Shown here piece after piece: positions 37,901 to 47,422 of a DNA stretch of 64,000 bases. Below the pieces are notes generated by a model, which saw nothing but the letters and a program-made list of their open reading frames with translations, did not search any database and was not told where the DNA came from. A program made the translations under genes and the position numbers. Every line of letters starts with the position of its first letter. Position 1 is the first letter of the stretch. Origin of the DNA: Octopus sinensis (taxonomy: Eukaryota); contig NC_043007.1 of assembly GCF_006345805.1 (NCBI RefSeq), positions 20,708,001 through 20,772,000 on the forward strand. The letters run 5' to 3'.

Positions 37901-38509
37901 TACGATAAAATGACCACACCAGGCCTGAAAAAAGAGATGAAGAAATACGGTTGCAAAGCAAGACCTAAGAAGAATATGATAAAGGTTCTTAAAGACATCT
38001 TTATCAGAACTCATCAGTATAAAAGCGATAGTGAACACGACACGAGTAGGGATACAATTAAGGAAATCTCTGAGACGAACAGATTCCAAGTAAGCTCCCC
38101 AGAACCCAAGGATCCTAAGACTGATAAAGAATCAGCTGAGAGTATATCTCCTATAAATATTTCAAGTTTTGAAAATGATGGAGTGGTTATATATGAAGAA
38201 AATTATATTGCTAATGAGGCAGAAGAAGTAATGAGCAGTCAGCAGGCGAATGGAGAAATACTTTTTAGTAAAGTAAATGCTTTTATCCAAACTAATCCTG
38301 ACTTCTATAGAAAAGTACTTCAGTACGAACCTCTTGATTTTGATGTTTTGAAGAAGACTCTTGAAGAGTCCAATATAAAATGCCCTGCTAATAAACTGCT
38401 GGAATATCTAGATAACCAGTGTATAACATTTGTTCTGAATAAAGATAAACAAACTAAGAGAAAACCACAAAGGGGGACTGGCAGACCGAGGAGAGGAAAG
38501 AAAGTTTGA
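31943..38509 (+). CDS. SLX4: Structure-specific endonuclease scaffold SLX4 (BTBD12/FANCP)-like, 2188 aa, single coding exon
   Basis: Acceptor (t)n-gcag at 31915; ATG in accATGg at 31943; three C2HC UBZ-like fingers; DDQLELALAMSNSL; BTB (SDVQF...GHKIILQIRCP...LLKYIYAG); SAP-like TPMPDYDKMTTPGLKKEMKKYG; C-terminal FYRKVLQYEPLDF...LLEYLDNQCITF (SLX1-binding domain). Confidence 0.93.
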   Translation: MVGVKRTPKSSKKIPKEAKEVTTKKRICKDTENEKNTECLFLKPEVNFNDSNDFKTPERKIGTGRSRLRNQIDYVRLNDPQKKDYSLIRKNAKQSISANTSVESVSVTPPESSRKRARKSSQTKNEDSHLQNVTPSPKPEKIHLSQPKSVKPPSKQLKESKNKVNSKSKTSDFGKKFLEEKSLCNTLTQQISKSRLPKSQNLFDLIQSSDNNASFSGTTICKSPCDPLEIVEKGNSSFISGEQSEISNSSGTYLRNRRKISYKFNIKESRKCVPTVTSSHVSSVSSSHVLSVTSSHATSVTSSHDLSVTSSCIPSVTSSYAPSVMSSHVPPVMSSHVPSVASSHIPSVTFSHIPNVSSSIVHFVTSSHVSTITSSHISPFTSSHVPTITSSHISPFTSSHVPIETASRVPLVTSSHVPIETASRVPLVTSSHVPIETASRVPLVTSSHVPTGTSSHVFTEVSSHIPNVTSSHISNGTSSHVFSVTPSHVPAEADSHFSTVTSPLVYAITSPIAPTETGFDHGQNKLKLDNDFTEVQMKVCPTCKDDFPVLLFEEHVLQCLKEQFQSSSHKPFDNKTKHSQISQDEILAHKLHEELNENALTTNDSPESDKILCCICKTDLTCLNSLHRTQHINTCIDQAENAKAPPDTLTQSVVICPMCGQQFKSFSLREMHFKSCGRDKFIAPGQHVIANVHGEPSRLTTNKRQPKNRKTSKSKKAPDDQLELALAMSNSLQEEQNKQEEQLSRCIQNIKKEVLKELKNQKNKQLPLLVTLSDEERQECNAGKVANIMNENFENVSLSKRHKHSSLVSTEPSNLWLKSSLTQADSSKLPFYVNSLMPPIEMDVLNVGSRLKHLSRNTESVINRNTTDSADKETDEQPVAPSQTALILAELANDDEPTNGSMHNPVEDESPNVQKETNEERSTGLLTSLSSDLCQLVNNSSFSDVQFMTADGTKVFGHKIILQIRCPNILNRVSTHLETPTVHLSEVSHDLLIVLLKYIYAGQLNIDETQANNLRMLSQELEMPELFQACEKISKTSVNHNQQSSDFYPSPLKTVDSMIDYLLESSDDDVDNRNICPENPSCDYKILDREEQPQNSQNDDQSTVTKDSAEFQNPTNSSPNVISPSSKVLEKSLNGYSGDNGSNLDYLSNVPVSSQLGSSAQLPEINCDNQPNEPQSNYNTDPLSTDKTDNNPCDVVMTLQKSPSDLTSSQNTPHPPEAEKGFVLNKNVLPSFTSTLPVSTNLTDNSNNNSDNKEQHQLNNAELIEDFSPIHFEDESFNNSPETKSNCDDIATPEKDNLHNNRENVLSLSDDLSNMSKELFSDEELETAENNKTSIQNSFHNQHEFTLSHQIVENIFPCHKENKPGISEPSFSSHEIVSLTKDSDQINNSPNVDNNVADNPVCRIIYTSRSLTSADGSNKELTVPLSLPTETNCNLGEKFGFLNSPAPVFPKTQEVKDINKNLNDDQPETFSQNQNRKRKQSSLSCSPLNRKKTKKDLETEGNSHLTLYKRSSPILDSDNSKLDTSKEVQFSPINSLNSSVNLCNESGSNEVYTVKSETSIITVFNDSYENTHQFKNESDLDISKEAYGDISEINNLQISPKQSNDAESNRESIGSASPEKNSSYENDREIYEESFFADDMNETTYGKAHFSVLNSFIQDNPDLYKKILEYEPVDFGVLKKRLGESNIKCSNKKLLEYLENQCITFILEKNKRSRKSCSPQKRKTVKENLNLEASSNLETVARVEESSEKCSLNSSFNISDELYNDEDRKTKQFDGDVTNEAETADLKKLSPNISNDFCSTKEHQVEPSEKPKKRFVFKKITAKSIICSSTGNKSVDVGNPDSLVKSFTGPSASDKKITNCENLQSNHNVTNDVWGQFSDDNFDDMVPFSPVPSHSNVNLNSSKDKLDLPPAAEQNLAPSSSHDCSYTSMMEDIKNLSCLGSELNCTLSDSFENIDLKGNPEAKFQTPANYREKEQSILSPFTPMPDYDKMTTPGLKKEMKKYGCKARPKKNMIKVLKDIFIRTHQYKSDSEHDTSRDTIKEISETNRFQVSSPEPKDPKTDKESAESISPINISSFENDGVVIYEENYIANEAEEVMSSQQANGEILFSKVNAFIQTNPDFYRKVLQYEPLDFDVLKKTLEESNIKCPANKLLEYLDNQCITFVLNKDKQTKRKPQRGTGRPRRGKKV
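32766..33475 (+). repeat. In-frame 33-bp coding minisatellite (11-aa unit, VTSSHVPS-like) in SLX4
   Basis: gttacatcttcacatgtccc recurs about 20 times, including 66-bp higher-order dimers (IETASRVPLVTSSHVP x3). Confidence 0.92.
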
Positions 38510-38803
38510 TTTGGCTTCCATGAAATCATTTTCTCATAAAATCTGTAAATTCTTCCACCACTTATTTTTTTTTTGTATTTATTTAATGTTTTTGGAATGT
38601 TGTTTTAGGAATGTATTAATTTTTGTATATAAACAAAGATTCCACATTTACTAACGTGACAACTCTAATTTATTTACATTTTTATTTTTTACTATTTCAG
38701 AGTAAACAGGTCTAGAGATATATTTTTTTTATTACTAATGCTACTTCAAAATCAGCTCATCCGTTTTCTATTTACATATGAATACATACATACATACATA
38801 CAC

Positions 38804-38859
<56 letters not shown>

Positions 38860-38920
38860 TATATAAGAAATTAAAAAAGGAAAATACACACACTTCCATG
38901 GTTTTAATATAATTTTTAAT

Positions 38921-38956
38921 ATATCGACCGGTTTCGCTATCGCTATTCATGATAAT
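38921..38956 (-). ncRNA. Candidate minimal hammerhead ribozyme, A3-U8 core variant (left arm)
   Basis: Minus: UAUC-AUGAAUA-GC(GAUA)GC-GAAAC-CG-GUC-GAUA. Confidence 0.55.
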
Positions 38957-39137
38957 ATGTTTTACTTATTTGAATATATGTTTTTTCTTAAGAAGAAATT
39001 TTGTCCATGTTGTGTGTGATGAAATTCACGAGTGAATTTATCTACTTGTGAAGTCATTCACTCGTGAATTTCATCACACACAACATGGACAAAATTTCTT
39101 CTTAAGAAAAAATATATATTCAAATAAGTAAAACATA

Positions 39138-39172
39138 ATATCATGAATAGCGATAGTGAAACCGGTCGATAT
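39138..39172 (+). ncRNA. Candidate minimal hammerhead ribozyme, A3-U8 core variant (right arm)
   Basis: AUAUC-AUGAAUA-GC(GAUA)GU-GAAAC-CG-GUC-GAUAU; 5-bp stem I, palindromic ACCGGU stem III, predicted cut after 39167. Confidence 0.55.
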
Positions 39173-39311
39173 ATTAAAAATTATATTAAAACTATGTGTG
39201 TGTGTGTATTTTCCTTTTTAATTTCTTATATACATTACAATTCACCACGTGGGGATAATCGGAATTCCTCTTTTCCATTACTGCATATATATATATGTGT
39301 ATATTATATAA

Positions 39312-39353
<42 letters not shown>

Positions 39354-39684
39354 TAGATAGATAGATACAGTTTCGTTACAATTGTGTTAAGGTATATTGT
39401 TGAAAATGTATTTTTAATATTACTTGCAATAAAATTTCAGTATTAAACACTGGTGACATGTTACATTAAATGAATCATAATAAACCTAATTGTAGAATTA
39501 GAACATCACGGAGCCAAATGAGACTTGACCATTTTGGTTGCTTTACCATTTGTACAGAAGACACCAGGTATAAAGCTAGGTTGTTCAATAAGTATTGTCC
39601 TCACAAATGGATAGGATTTGCCATTATAGTTGGATCTTTTAGGCCAGTGAACGTTCTCTGATCTTTTGATAATGATGATGATGA

Positions 39685-40195
39685 TCATCATCATCGTTTA
39701 ACGTCCGCTTTCCATGCTAGCATGGGTTGGACGATTTGACTGAGGGCTGGCAAACCAGATGGCTGCACCAGGCTCTAATCTTGATCTGGCAGAGTTTCTA
39801 CAGCAGGATGCCCTTCCTAAAGCCAACCACTCCGAGAGTGTTGTGGGTGCTTTTTACATGCCACCGGCACGGGGGCCAGTCAGGCGGTACTGGCAACGAC
39901 CTTGCTCGAATCTTTTTACTCATGCCATCAGCACAGGTACCAGTAAGGCGACGCTGGTAACGATCACTCTCGAATGGTGCCTTTTACGTGCCACTGGTAC
40001 AGAAGCCAGCTAGCTGCTCTGGCAACGATCACACTACTAGCACAGGGCTCAAGTGCCGGTAAGGCGACGCTGGTAATGATCACACTCGAATGGTGCCTTT
40101 TATGTCCCACTGACACAAAAGCCGGTTAGCTGCTCTGTCGACGATCACACTCGTATGGTGCTCTTTGCACCTCGCTAGCATGGATACCAGTTATC
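39685..40195 (-). mobile_element. Meta/RTE-tailed retroposon
   Basis: catcgtttaacgtccgctttccatgctagc tail and internal repeats. Confidence 0.75.
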
Positions 40196-40360
40196 AAACA
40201 TTGTGTGATATCTGTTTTCCATGCTGACATCTGTCTGTCTGTCTATCTATCTATCTATCCATCTAGCTATCTATCCAACCATCCATCCATCTATCTATCT
40301 ATCTATCCAACCATCCATCCATCTATCTATCTATCTATCTATCTATCCAACCATCCATCC

Positions 40361-40406
<46 letters not shown>

Positions 40407-40689
40407 ATCTATCTATCTATCTATTCATCTATTCATCTATCCATGTATCTATCTATCCATCTATCCATCCATCCATCCATTAATCCCTCCATCCGCCTGT
40501 CCGTCTACCTATCTATCTATCTATCTATCTATATATCCATCCATCTATTTATCTATCTGTCTATCCCTCCTTCCACCCACCTCTCTCTCTGAAGTAAATT
40601 GCATTTTAGATACTGGATATTATTTTTTAAAATAAAATAATAATACTGGAGCATCTCTTGCTTCAGGCTCATAATCAGGTAAACTACTG

Positions 40690-41012
40690 ATGCACAAGAA
40701 GTGTAGTGGATCTTCATGGATGCTGACAGAGAAAGCAGACTTCATATGTGGCAGATGTACAGGAGTAGTTAGCAATAAACATACACACAGAACGGATTCT
40801 TTCAAATGCTTGGAAGGCACATTTGATGGATTTTCTTAGCAAGGTGATCGAGTAACCAGTGGAAATGTTGGTATGATGAAAGCATAGAAGCCAGAGTAAG
40901 AACAGTGTGGGAATCCCTGATTGTAATAAAGGGGTTTCTATTTTGGAACAAAGGGGAAGTACAATGCACATGCATGAAGTGTGTGCTGCATGGTTGAGCA
41001 ACGTGGTCCTTG
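40690..41012 (+). mobile_element. Degenerate RTE-clade LINE fragment
   Basis: HKKCSG..LTEKADFICGRCTG zinc-finger-like insert followed by a frameshifted GD...IEARVRTVW region. Confidence 0.6.
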
Positions 41013-41013
41013 A

Positions 41014-41122
41014 AGCCTTCCATACTTTGTGATTTTGGCACCGCTGGCCTTCCATACTTTGTGATTTTGGCACTGCTGGCATTCCATACTTTGTGATTTT
41101 GGCACCGCTGGCCTTCCATACT
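41014..41122. repeat. ~32-bp minisatellite (three and a bit copies) followed by AAAATTTT-rich repeats
   Basis: gccttccatactttgtgattttggcaccgctg is repeated. Confidence 0.85.
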
Positions 41123-43195
41123 TTTCCCCAAAAATTTTTCGAAAGTTTCCAACGTAAATTTTACTCAAAAATTTTTCGAAAATTTTCACGAAAAATTTTT
41201 ACAAAATTTTCACGGAAAATTTTCCCCAGAAATGTTTCACTGTTTTTTTTTCCGTCCTTGTTTTTGCATACATTCGCTGCTTTCTTCCAAGGAATCTAAT
41301 ACTCTAGCTTAGTTTTTCCTTGGGGCTGGCCAGATTGGGGCAATCTCAAGTACAATCGGTCAAAATTGTGAAGATAATCTGGTACTTGACTGAAGAAAGA
41401 AAACTTTGAATGACCCATCCTTGCTTTCTTTGTATCGTCTATCTGGATGTTTTGTTGTCTCATTTTTGTATCACCTAACTGTCCGGAAGACCCATGCCAG
41501 CATGGAAAAGCAGACATTAGATAATGATGATAATACACACACATACACACATAAACTTTGCTCTAGTGTACTCTCTCACTGGCCCATGTAAACATGGAAA
41601 AGTAAATGTTAAAAAGATAGTGATGATAATGAATGAAATACATATATTTATACACACACACTCACACACACACATCATTCATTCAAAAATTTATTACATT
41701 TCAAATATTCTCATTTGTTTTGAAAAAAATCTAAAACTTTTTAATTATTCAGAAAATAAAATGTCTTTTATTACAATATATATTTTACATATTTTTTTAT
41801 GTTCCATTTTTTATTTTTATTAAATCAAATAAATTTGTAAGATTTTTCAATATAAATTTTCTAGATTCTGTATGTTTGTAAACTGTTAATCTTTGGCGAA
41901 AGGAATTATGTTTGGGTTTTATGAAGTTTACATAGAAAAAAAAGAAAAATCTTTCTTGTATAAAAGAAATAACAACAGCATAGGTGTGGCTATGTGGTAA
42001 GATGCCTGCTCCCAAAACACATGTTATCAAGTGTAAGGTTCCTCAGGGTGAACATCTAGAAATATGCTGAAACAACAGATTCAAGATCTTTCCTTTTTAT
42101 AAATGTCCAAAGGCCGAACCAAGATATTGGAATGCGTTTTATAAAAAATATTCTCACCGAAACTAAATGTGTAAAAAGCATATTTATAAAAATATTCTTT
42201 TATTCTTTATGAACAAGAACACAGCCCATGATCCTGCAAGCTTTCTCAGACTGGTGGAATCAGTGATGTTGCTGGATTATTTGACTATCTGTAGTTTAAT
42301 GTCTGCTGCAAAAAAAATAGGATGGGAAAAAAAATCTAGCTTTGATGAATGTGTGTACTGGAGTTGTTATATTTGATTAAAACTCTTAAATGCAATGCCC
42401 CAGCATGGTGACAGTCCTAGGGTTTGAACTTTGGACTACAGTAATATAAAAGAACTGAGCTAGTTCTTTCCCTAACCCTTTAGTATTCAGATAACTCAAA
42501 TATAATGTCTATTCACCAACACTACACCTGATTTTCTCCCCTCCATTCACACACAAGCATGTATCTGACTCATACACTGTTCACTTCCCAGACATATGCT
42601 TTATATGCACTTTTGACAAGTTGTGGTGCACCTGAGCACTGTATACAATAATTTCATTATTATCATCATTATTATTATTATTCACATTGTTTTCAATTAA
42701 TCATGCTTTATCTCTTAGCTTTGAGATTTCAATGACGTGATTGTATATTCTTAGAATAATATTGTAGGGTAAGTGTAAGAGGCCAAATCTGGCCAGTTTT
42801 AACATAAAACAGGTAGAACATTTGGGCTGGATATGGCCAGTTTGAATAAGATATCTCATGCCTGATACAAGTTTTGAATCCAACTTCATACTATCAACCA
42901 CAACTTGGTCTCCGTTCAAACTGAATTAATAACAAGAGAAATTTATATTGAAGTCAAATGTGAGCTGAGAAACTTGTCTTCAATATTAAACAAGAGCTAA
43001 TCAAAGTGCTAATAAATACACATGTTTTTGTGCATGGATAGCAAACTAACTTTTGGTTCGAAGCTAAACTTCAATCAAATATATAAAAAAAAAACATATA
43101 TGATAGTTAACTATCAAAATAATTTTGAACCAAATCTACCTTGTTGATTGTAACTCTCCTAAATAGAAGGATAGAAAATGATGAGAGTTAATGGC

Positions 43196-43424
43196 TTAAC
43201 CCTTTCGATACCAACCTGGCTGAAACCGCCTCTGGATCTCTAGTACAAATGTCTTGTTTTCATAAGTTTTTAATTAAAATCTTCCACCAAACCTTAGTCA
43301 CAATTTATGTTCTTAACACTAGCTTAATGATAACTAAGTTATTTTACTAAATTCTTTATTATATTTAAAGTAATTGAAAGAAACACAGAGCACCTCAAAA
43401 TAAATACGGTAACAAAAGGGTTAA
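43196..43424 (+). mobile_element. piggyBac-type MITE (TTAA TSD)
   Basis: ttaa-ccctttcgatacc...ggtaacaaaaggg-ttaa. Confidence 0.88.
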
Positions 43425-43665
43425 TTCAATAGCTCAAGTTTTTCCTAAACTTAATAGAATAAAACTAACACCAAAGTGGCTGGTGTTGATCTGTGTCAGC
43501 AATACTTGTGTTATTTCGTAAAAATCAAAATAGAGTTCAATGAACTTGCTGAGGGCAGAGGAAAATTTTACGTTTCAGATAAAGTCGTTTTTCAAGGAAA
43601 AATTAACTGGAAAGAAATCGATGATCGACAACAGGGTTTTACATCCTCTAGTTAGAAAAGCTAGC

Positions 43666-43894
43666 TTAACCCTTTCGTTACTGCATTTATTTTGAGATGG
43701 TCTGTGTTTCTTTCAATTAATTTTAAATATAACAAAGAATTTAGTAAAATAACTTAGTTATCATTAAGCTAGTGTTAGGGACATAAATTGTGACTAAGGT
43801 TTGGTGGAAGATTTTTATTCAAAACTTACAAAAACAAGATATTTGTACTCAGAGCCAGAGCCGGTTTCAGCTGGGTTGGTAACAAAAGGGTTAA
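43666..43894 (-). mobile_element. Second copy of the same MITE, inverted
   Basis: ttaa-ccctttcgttac...ggtaacaaaaggg-ttaa; internal sequence is the reverse complement of 43196-43424. Confidence 0.88.
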
Positions 43895-44081
43895 ACTTAA
43901 TATCTTTCTTTCATTGTTGTGTAAAAATATATATTTATTTTTTTTATTTTATCTTATCTAGTTTCAGCTCACGAGCTGTGGCCATGCTGGGGCACCGCCA
44001 TATCCAATATTTTGTAAAGTACTTCAAAAAATTGAAGCATAAGTGTAGTGGAGAATCGAAAGCGATTTCAGCAGTTGATAT

Positions 44082-44234
44082 TTAATTCATCTGTTGTCTT
44101 TTAATGATTGTTTCAACAATGTCTGGATCTACAAGAGTTGATGTGTCACCAAAATCTTGCTCTTTGTGGGCAATCTTTCGCAGGATTCTTCTCATGATTT
44201 TACCAGATCGAGTTCGAGGTAATCCGGGCACAAG
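44082..44234 (-). CDS. ACSS1: Acetyl-CoA synthetase ACSS1-like, last coding exon
   Basis: [22 protein letters not shown]...[15 protein letters not shown]...MN*; AG acceptor; catalytic Lys in SGK retained. Confidence 0.92.
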   Translation of the reverse strand, partial: LVPGLPRTRSGKIMRRILRKIAHKEQDFGDTSTLVDPDIVETIIKRQQMN

Positions 44235-44701
44235 CTGAAACGAATATAAATATAAAATAAGATTTAGATTTATGAAAGGAACAAAATTGTATGCGATAAC
44301 ATTTTTTTCATTCTTAAAGACATGGGACGTATGGTTTAAGAGCTTACTTTACAAACATGTGGTTTTCAGTTCAGTCCTACTCCACAGCACTTTTGGTAAG
44401 TGTCTACCATTGGCCCAAACTGACAAATGCCTTGTGAGTGAATTTGGTAAAAGGAAAGTGTATGGAAGCTTGCCATGTGTGTGTGTGTGTATCCCCCACC
44501 CACTAATTGACAACCAGTATTGGTTTGTTTACATCCCTATAACTTAGCAGTTTGGCAAAAGGGACCAAAAAGCTAAGTACCAGACTTTAAAAAAAATAAG
44601 TTCTGGGGTTGATTTGCTTGACTAAAAGCCCTTCAAAGTGGGGCCCCAGAATAGCTGCAGTCCAACAACTGAAATAAGTTTAAAATACAAGACAAATATG
44701 C

Positions 44702-44703
44702 AT

Positions 44704-44741
<38 letters not shown>

Positions 44742-45248
44742 GCATATGCATAAACACATGCACATGTGTGCACATACACACAGATACAAACACGCATGCA
44801 TGCACACACATACACACAGATACTCACAAACACAGATGCATGCACACACACACACTCACACACATATACATACACACATACACATGTATGCACATACACA
44901 CACAGATACAAACACACGTGCATGCACACACATACACACAGATACTCACAAACACACATTCACGTGCACACACACACCACACACACACACACACTCACAC
45001 GCATATGCATAAACACATGCACATGTGTGCACATACACACAGATACAAACACGCATGCATGCACACACATACACACAGATACTCACAAACACAGATGCAT
45101 GCACACACACACACTCACACACATATACATACACACATACACATGTATGCACATACACACACAGATACAAACACACGTGCATGCACACACATACACACAG
45201 ATACTCACAAACACACATTCACGTGCACACACACACACACACACACAC
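44702..45248. repeat. (CA)-rich compound microsatellite duplicated as a 259-bp block
   Basis: Identical ORF starts at 44766 and 45025. Confidence 0.9.
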
Positions 45249-45260
45249 AGAGTAATTTAC

Positions 45261-45382
45261 CTGAATAATATCTGGTTGGGCAAAACTTGTTATTTGTTTT
45301 TTTACTATTAGCTTTAGTTCATCTTGAATTTCTTCAGCGTTTTCAGTTATGTCATCTTTGAGAACTACAAATGCATAAATAC
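45261..45382 (-). CDS. ACSS1: ACSS1-like exon (122 bp)
   Basis: (G)IYAFVVLKDDITENAEEIQDELKLIVKKQITSFAQPDIIQ; AG/GT boundaries; phase consistent. Confidence 0.88.
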
Positions 45383-46257
45383 CTGGAATTTAAGATTACA
45401 AAAAAGAAACAAAATAATTATTCGAAAAATTTAAAGAATATTTTGAAAAACATGCATATTTATGAAAAAAGCGTGACTTTATTGCTATAATTAAATCAAA
45501 TATACACCTTTTTTTCTTTTTGTTTTCATTTGTTTTTACATCCATTTTTTCATTGTGGCATGGGTTAGATGAATATATAATTGAGGATCTATTTTACAAA
45601 TGGATTTTTTTCCTGTCACTAATACTTTTCTGTGTTTCTGGTTTTTTTTATTTTGCATGTCTTTAAGGGCATGAGGTGAGCAGATAGCTTGTTGATAACA
45701 AACAACAATAACAACAATGCTGCTCATAGCAACTTTCACAGAGTGCAGATGTAAACAAACAAACACACACACACACACACAGATGATGGCCTTCTTTTGG
45801 TTTCATCCGCCAATTTCAAAATTCCCTCACAAGGCTTTTGTTGGCCCTGGGCTATATGGTTGGCCCATGATGCCACATCATGGTAATGAATCTCAGTTTT
45901 AAAATTATGGCAACAGTTTCAAAAGTCCCAAGGTTTCTATATTGATATTTAATATTTGAATGGAATTTAGATCTTATAGACTGTGATACATGACCCAGTC
46001 CAGGATTCAAACCCACGATCTAGCAGCCACGAGTGCAATGCCCCGACCACTAGGTCACACACACACTCACACACATACTCAAATGTGTAGTCTCCTACCT
46101 GGCCCGCTCCTGTCAAACTATCCAACCCATGCTAGCATTGAAGGCAGACATTAAACAATGATGATGATGATGATGATATATATGAATCCAGGATATTACC
46201 CTCGCCCCATGGACAATTACCCCTGAGGATAACAGATGATGATTTTATATATATATA

Positions 46258-46426
46258 GATGCAGGAATGGCTGTGTGGTAAGTAGCTTGCTTACCAACCA
46301 CATGGTCCCGGGTTCAGTCCCACTGCATGGTACCTTGGGCAAGTGTCTTCTACTATAGCCTCAGGCCGACCAAAGCCTTGTGAGTGGATTAGGTAGACGG
46401 AAACTGAAAGAAGCCCATTGTATATA

Positions 46427-46519
<93 letters not shown>

Positions 46520-46730
46520 TTGTGTGTCTGCGTTTGTCCTCCCAACATCGCTAGACAACTGATGCTGGTGTGTTTACATCCCCATAACTTAGCGGTTCAG
46601 CAAAAGAGACCGATAGAATAAGTACAAGGCTTCCAAAGAATAAGTCCTGGGGTCAATTTGCTCGACCAAAGGCAATGCTCCAGCATGGCCACAGTCAAAT
46701 GACTGAAACAAGTAAAAGAGTAGAGAAAAG
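46258..46730 (+). mobile_element. OR-type tRNA SINE
   Basis: Family consensus with an internal (TA)n tract. Confidence 0.85.
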
Positions 46731-46744
46731 AGTATATATATATG

Positions 46745-46778
<34 letters not shown>

Positions 46779-47113
46779 CCAGCCCCGGTCAAACCGTCCA
46801 ACCTATGCAGCATGGACAACAGACGTTAAGTGATGGTGATGATGCCTATGCATGTGTATCTTTGTGTTTGACCCCTTCACCATCTGACAACTGATGTTGG
46901 TTTCTTTACATCTATGTAACCTAGCAGTTCAGCAAGGGAGACTGATAGAATAAGTACCGAACTTAAAAGAAAAAAATAATAAATGATTTTTGTTTTTTTT
47001 TGTTTTCAACTAAAACCCTTCAAGGTGGTGCCCCAGCATGGTCACAGTTCAATAACCGAAACAATTAAATGATAAAACTACAACAATATCAATTTATGAA
47101 TAATATCACATAC

Positions 47114-47177
47114 CTTCTCCTTTGATATCATGTGGGAAACTAACCACGGCAGATTCTGCTACAGCACAGTGGTTGGC
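47114..47177 (-). CDS. ACSS1: ACSS1-like exon (64 bp)
   Basis: ANHCAVAESAVVSFPHDIKGE; AG/GT boundaries. Confidence 0.9.
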
Positions 47178-47422
47178 CTTCAAAGAGAAAAGAAATTCCA
47201 TAAAGATGGTTAATAATTCAGAAATATTAAATTTCTAAATATCTCATAGAGATATGTACGGTGGTGGGGCGATATAATGGTTGTATACTGTCAATTTAAC
47301 GTGACAGTAGGGGATTACACCACCGCTGTTTAGCCCTAGGAAGCATCGACGCTTCCTGTCGGCTTCGACACATTTACTGTGTCCTTATATATATTTATGA
47401 AGGGGAGACAAATACCCCCAAC

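Larger units (their letters stand above)
38861..39231. repeat. Long inverted repeat (arms 38861-39037 and 39056-39231, 18-nt loop) between (TA)n tracts, probably inverted Penelope-type pLTRs
   Basis: Arms are near-perfect reverse complements; the same MNSDSETGRYIKNYIKT ORF appears on both strands. Confidence 0.9.

Noticed and set aside
44205-44222. LPRTRSGK instead of the usual LPKTRSGK in ACSS1
   Set aside because: A conservative change; the catalytic, acetylated lysine is intact.
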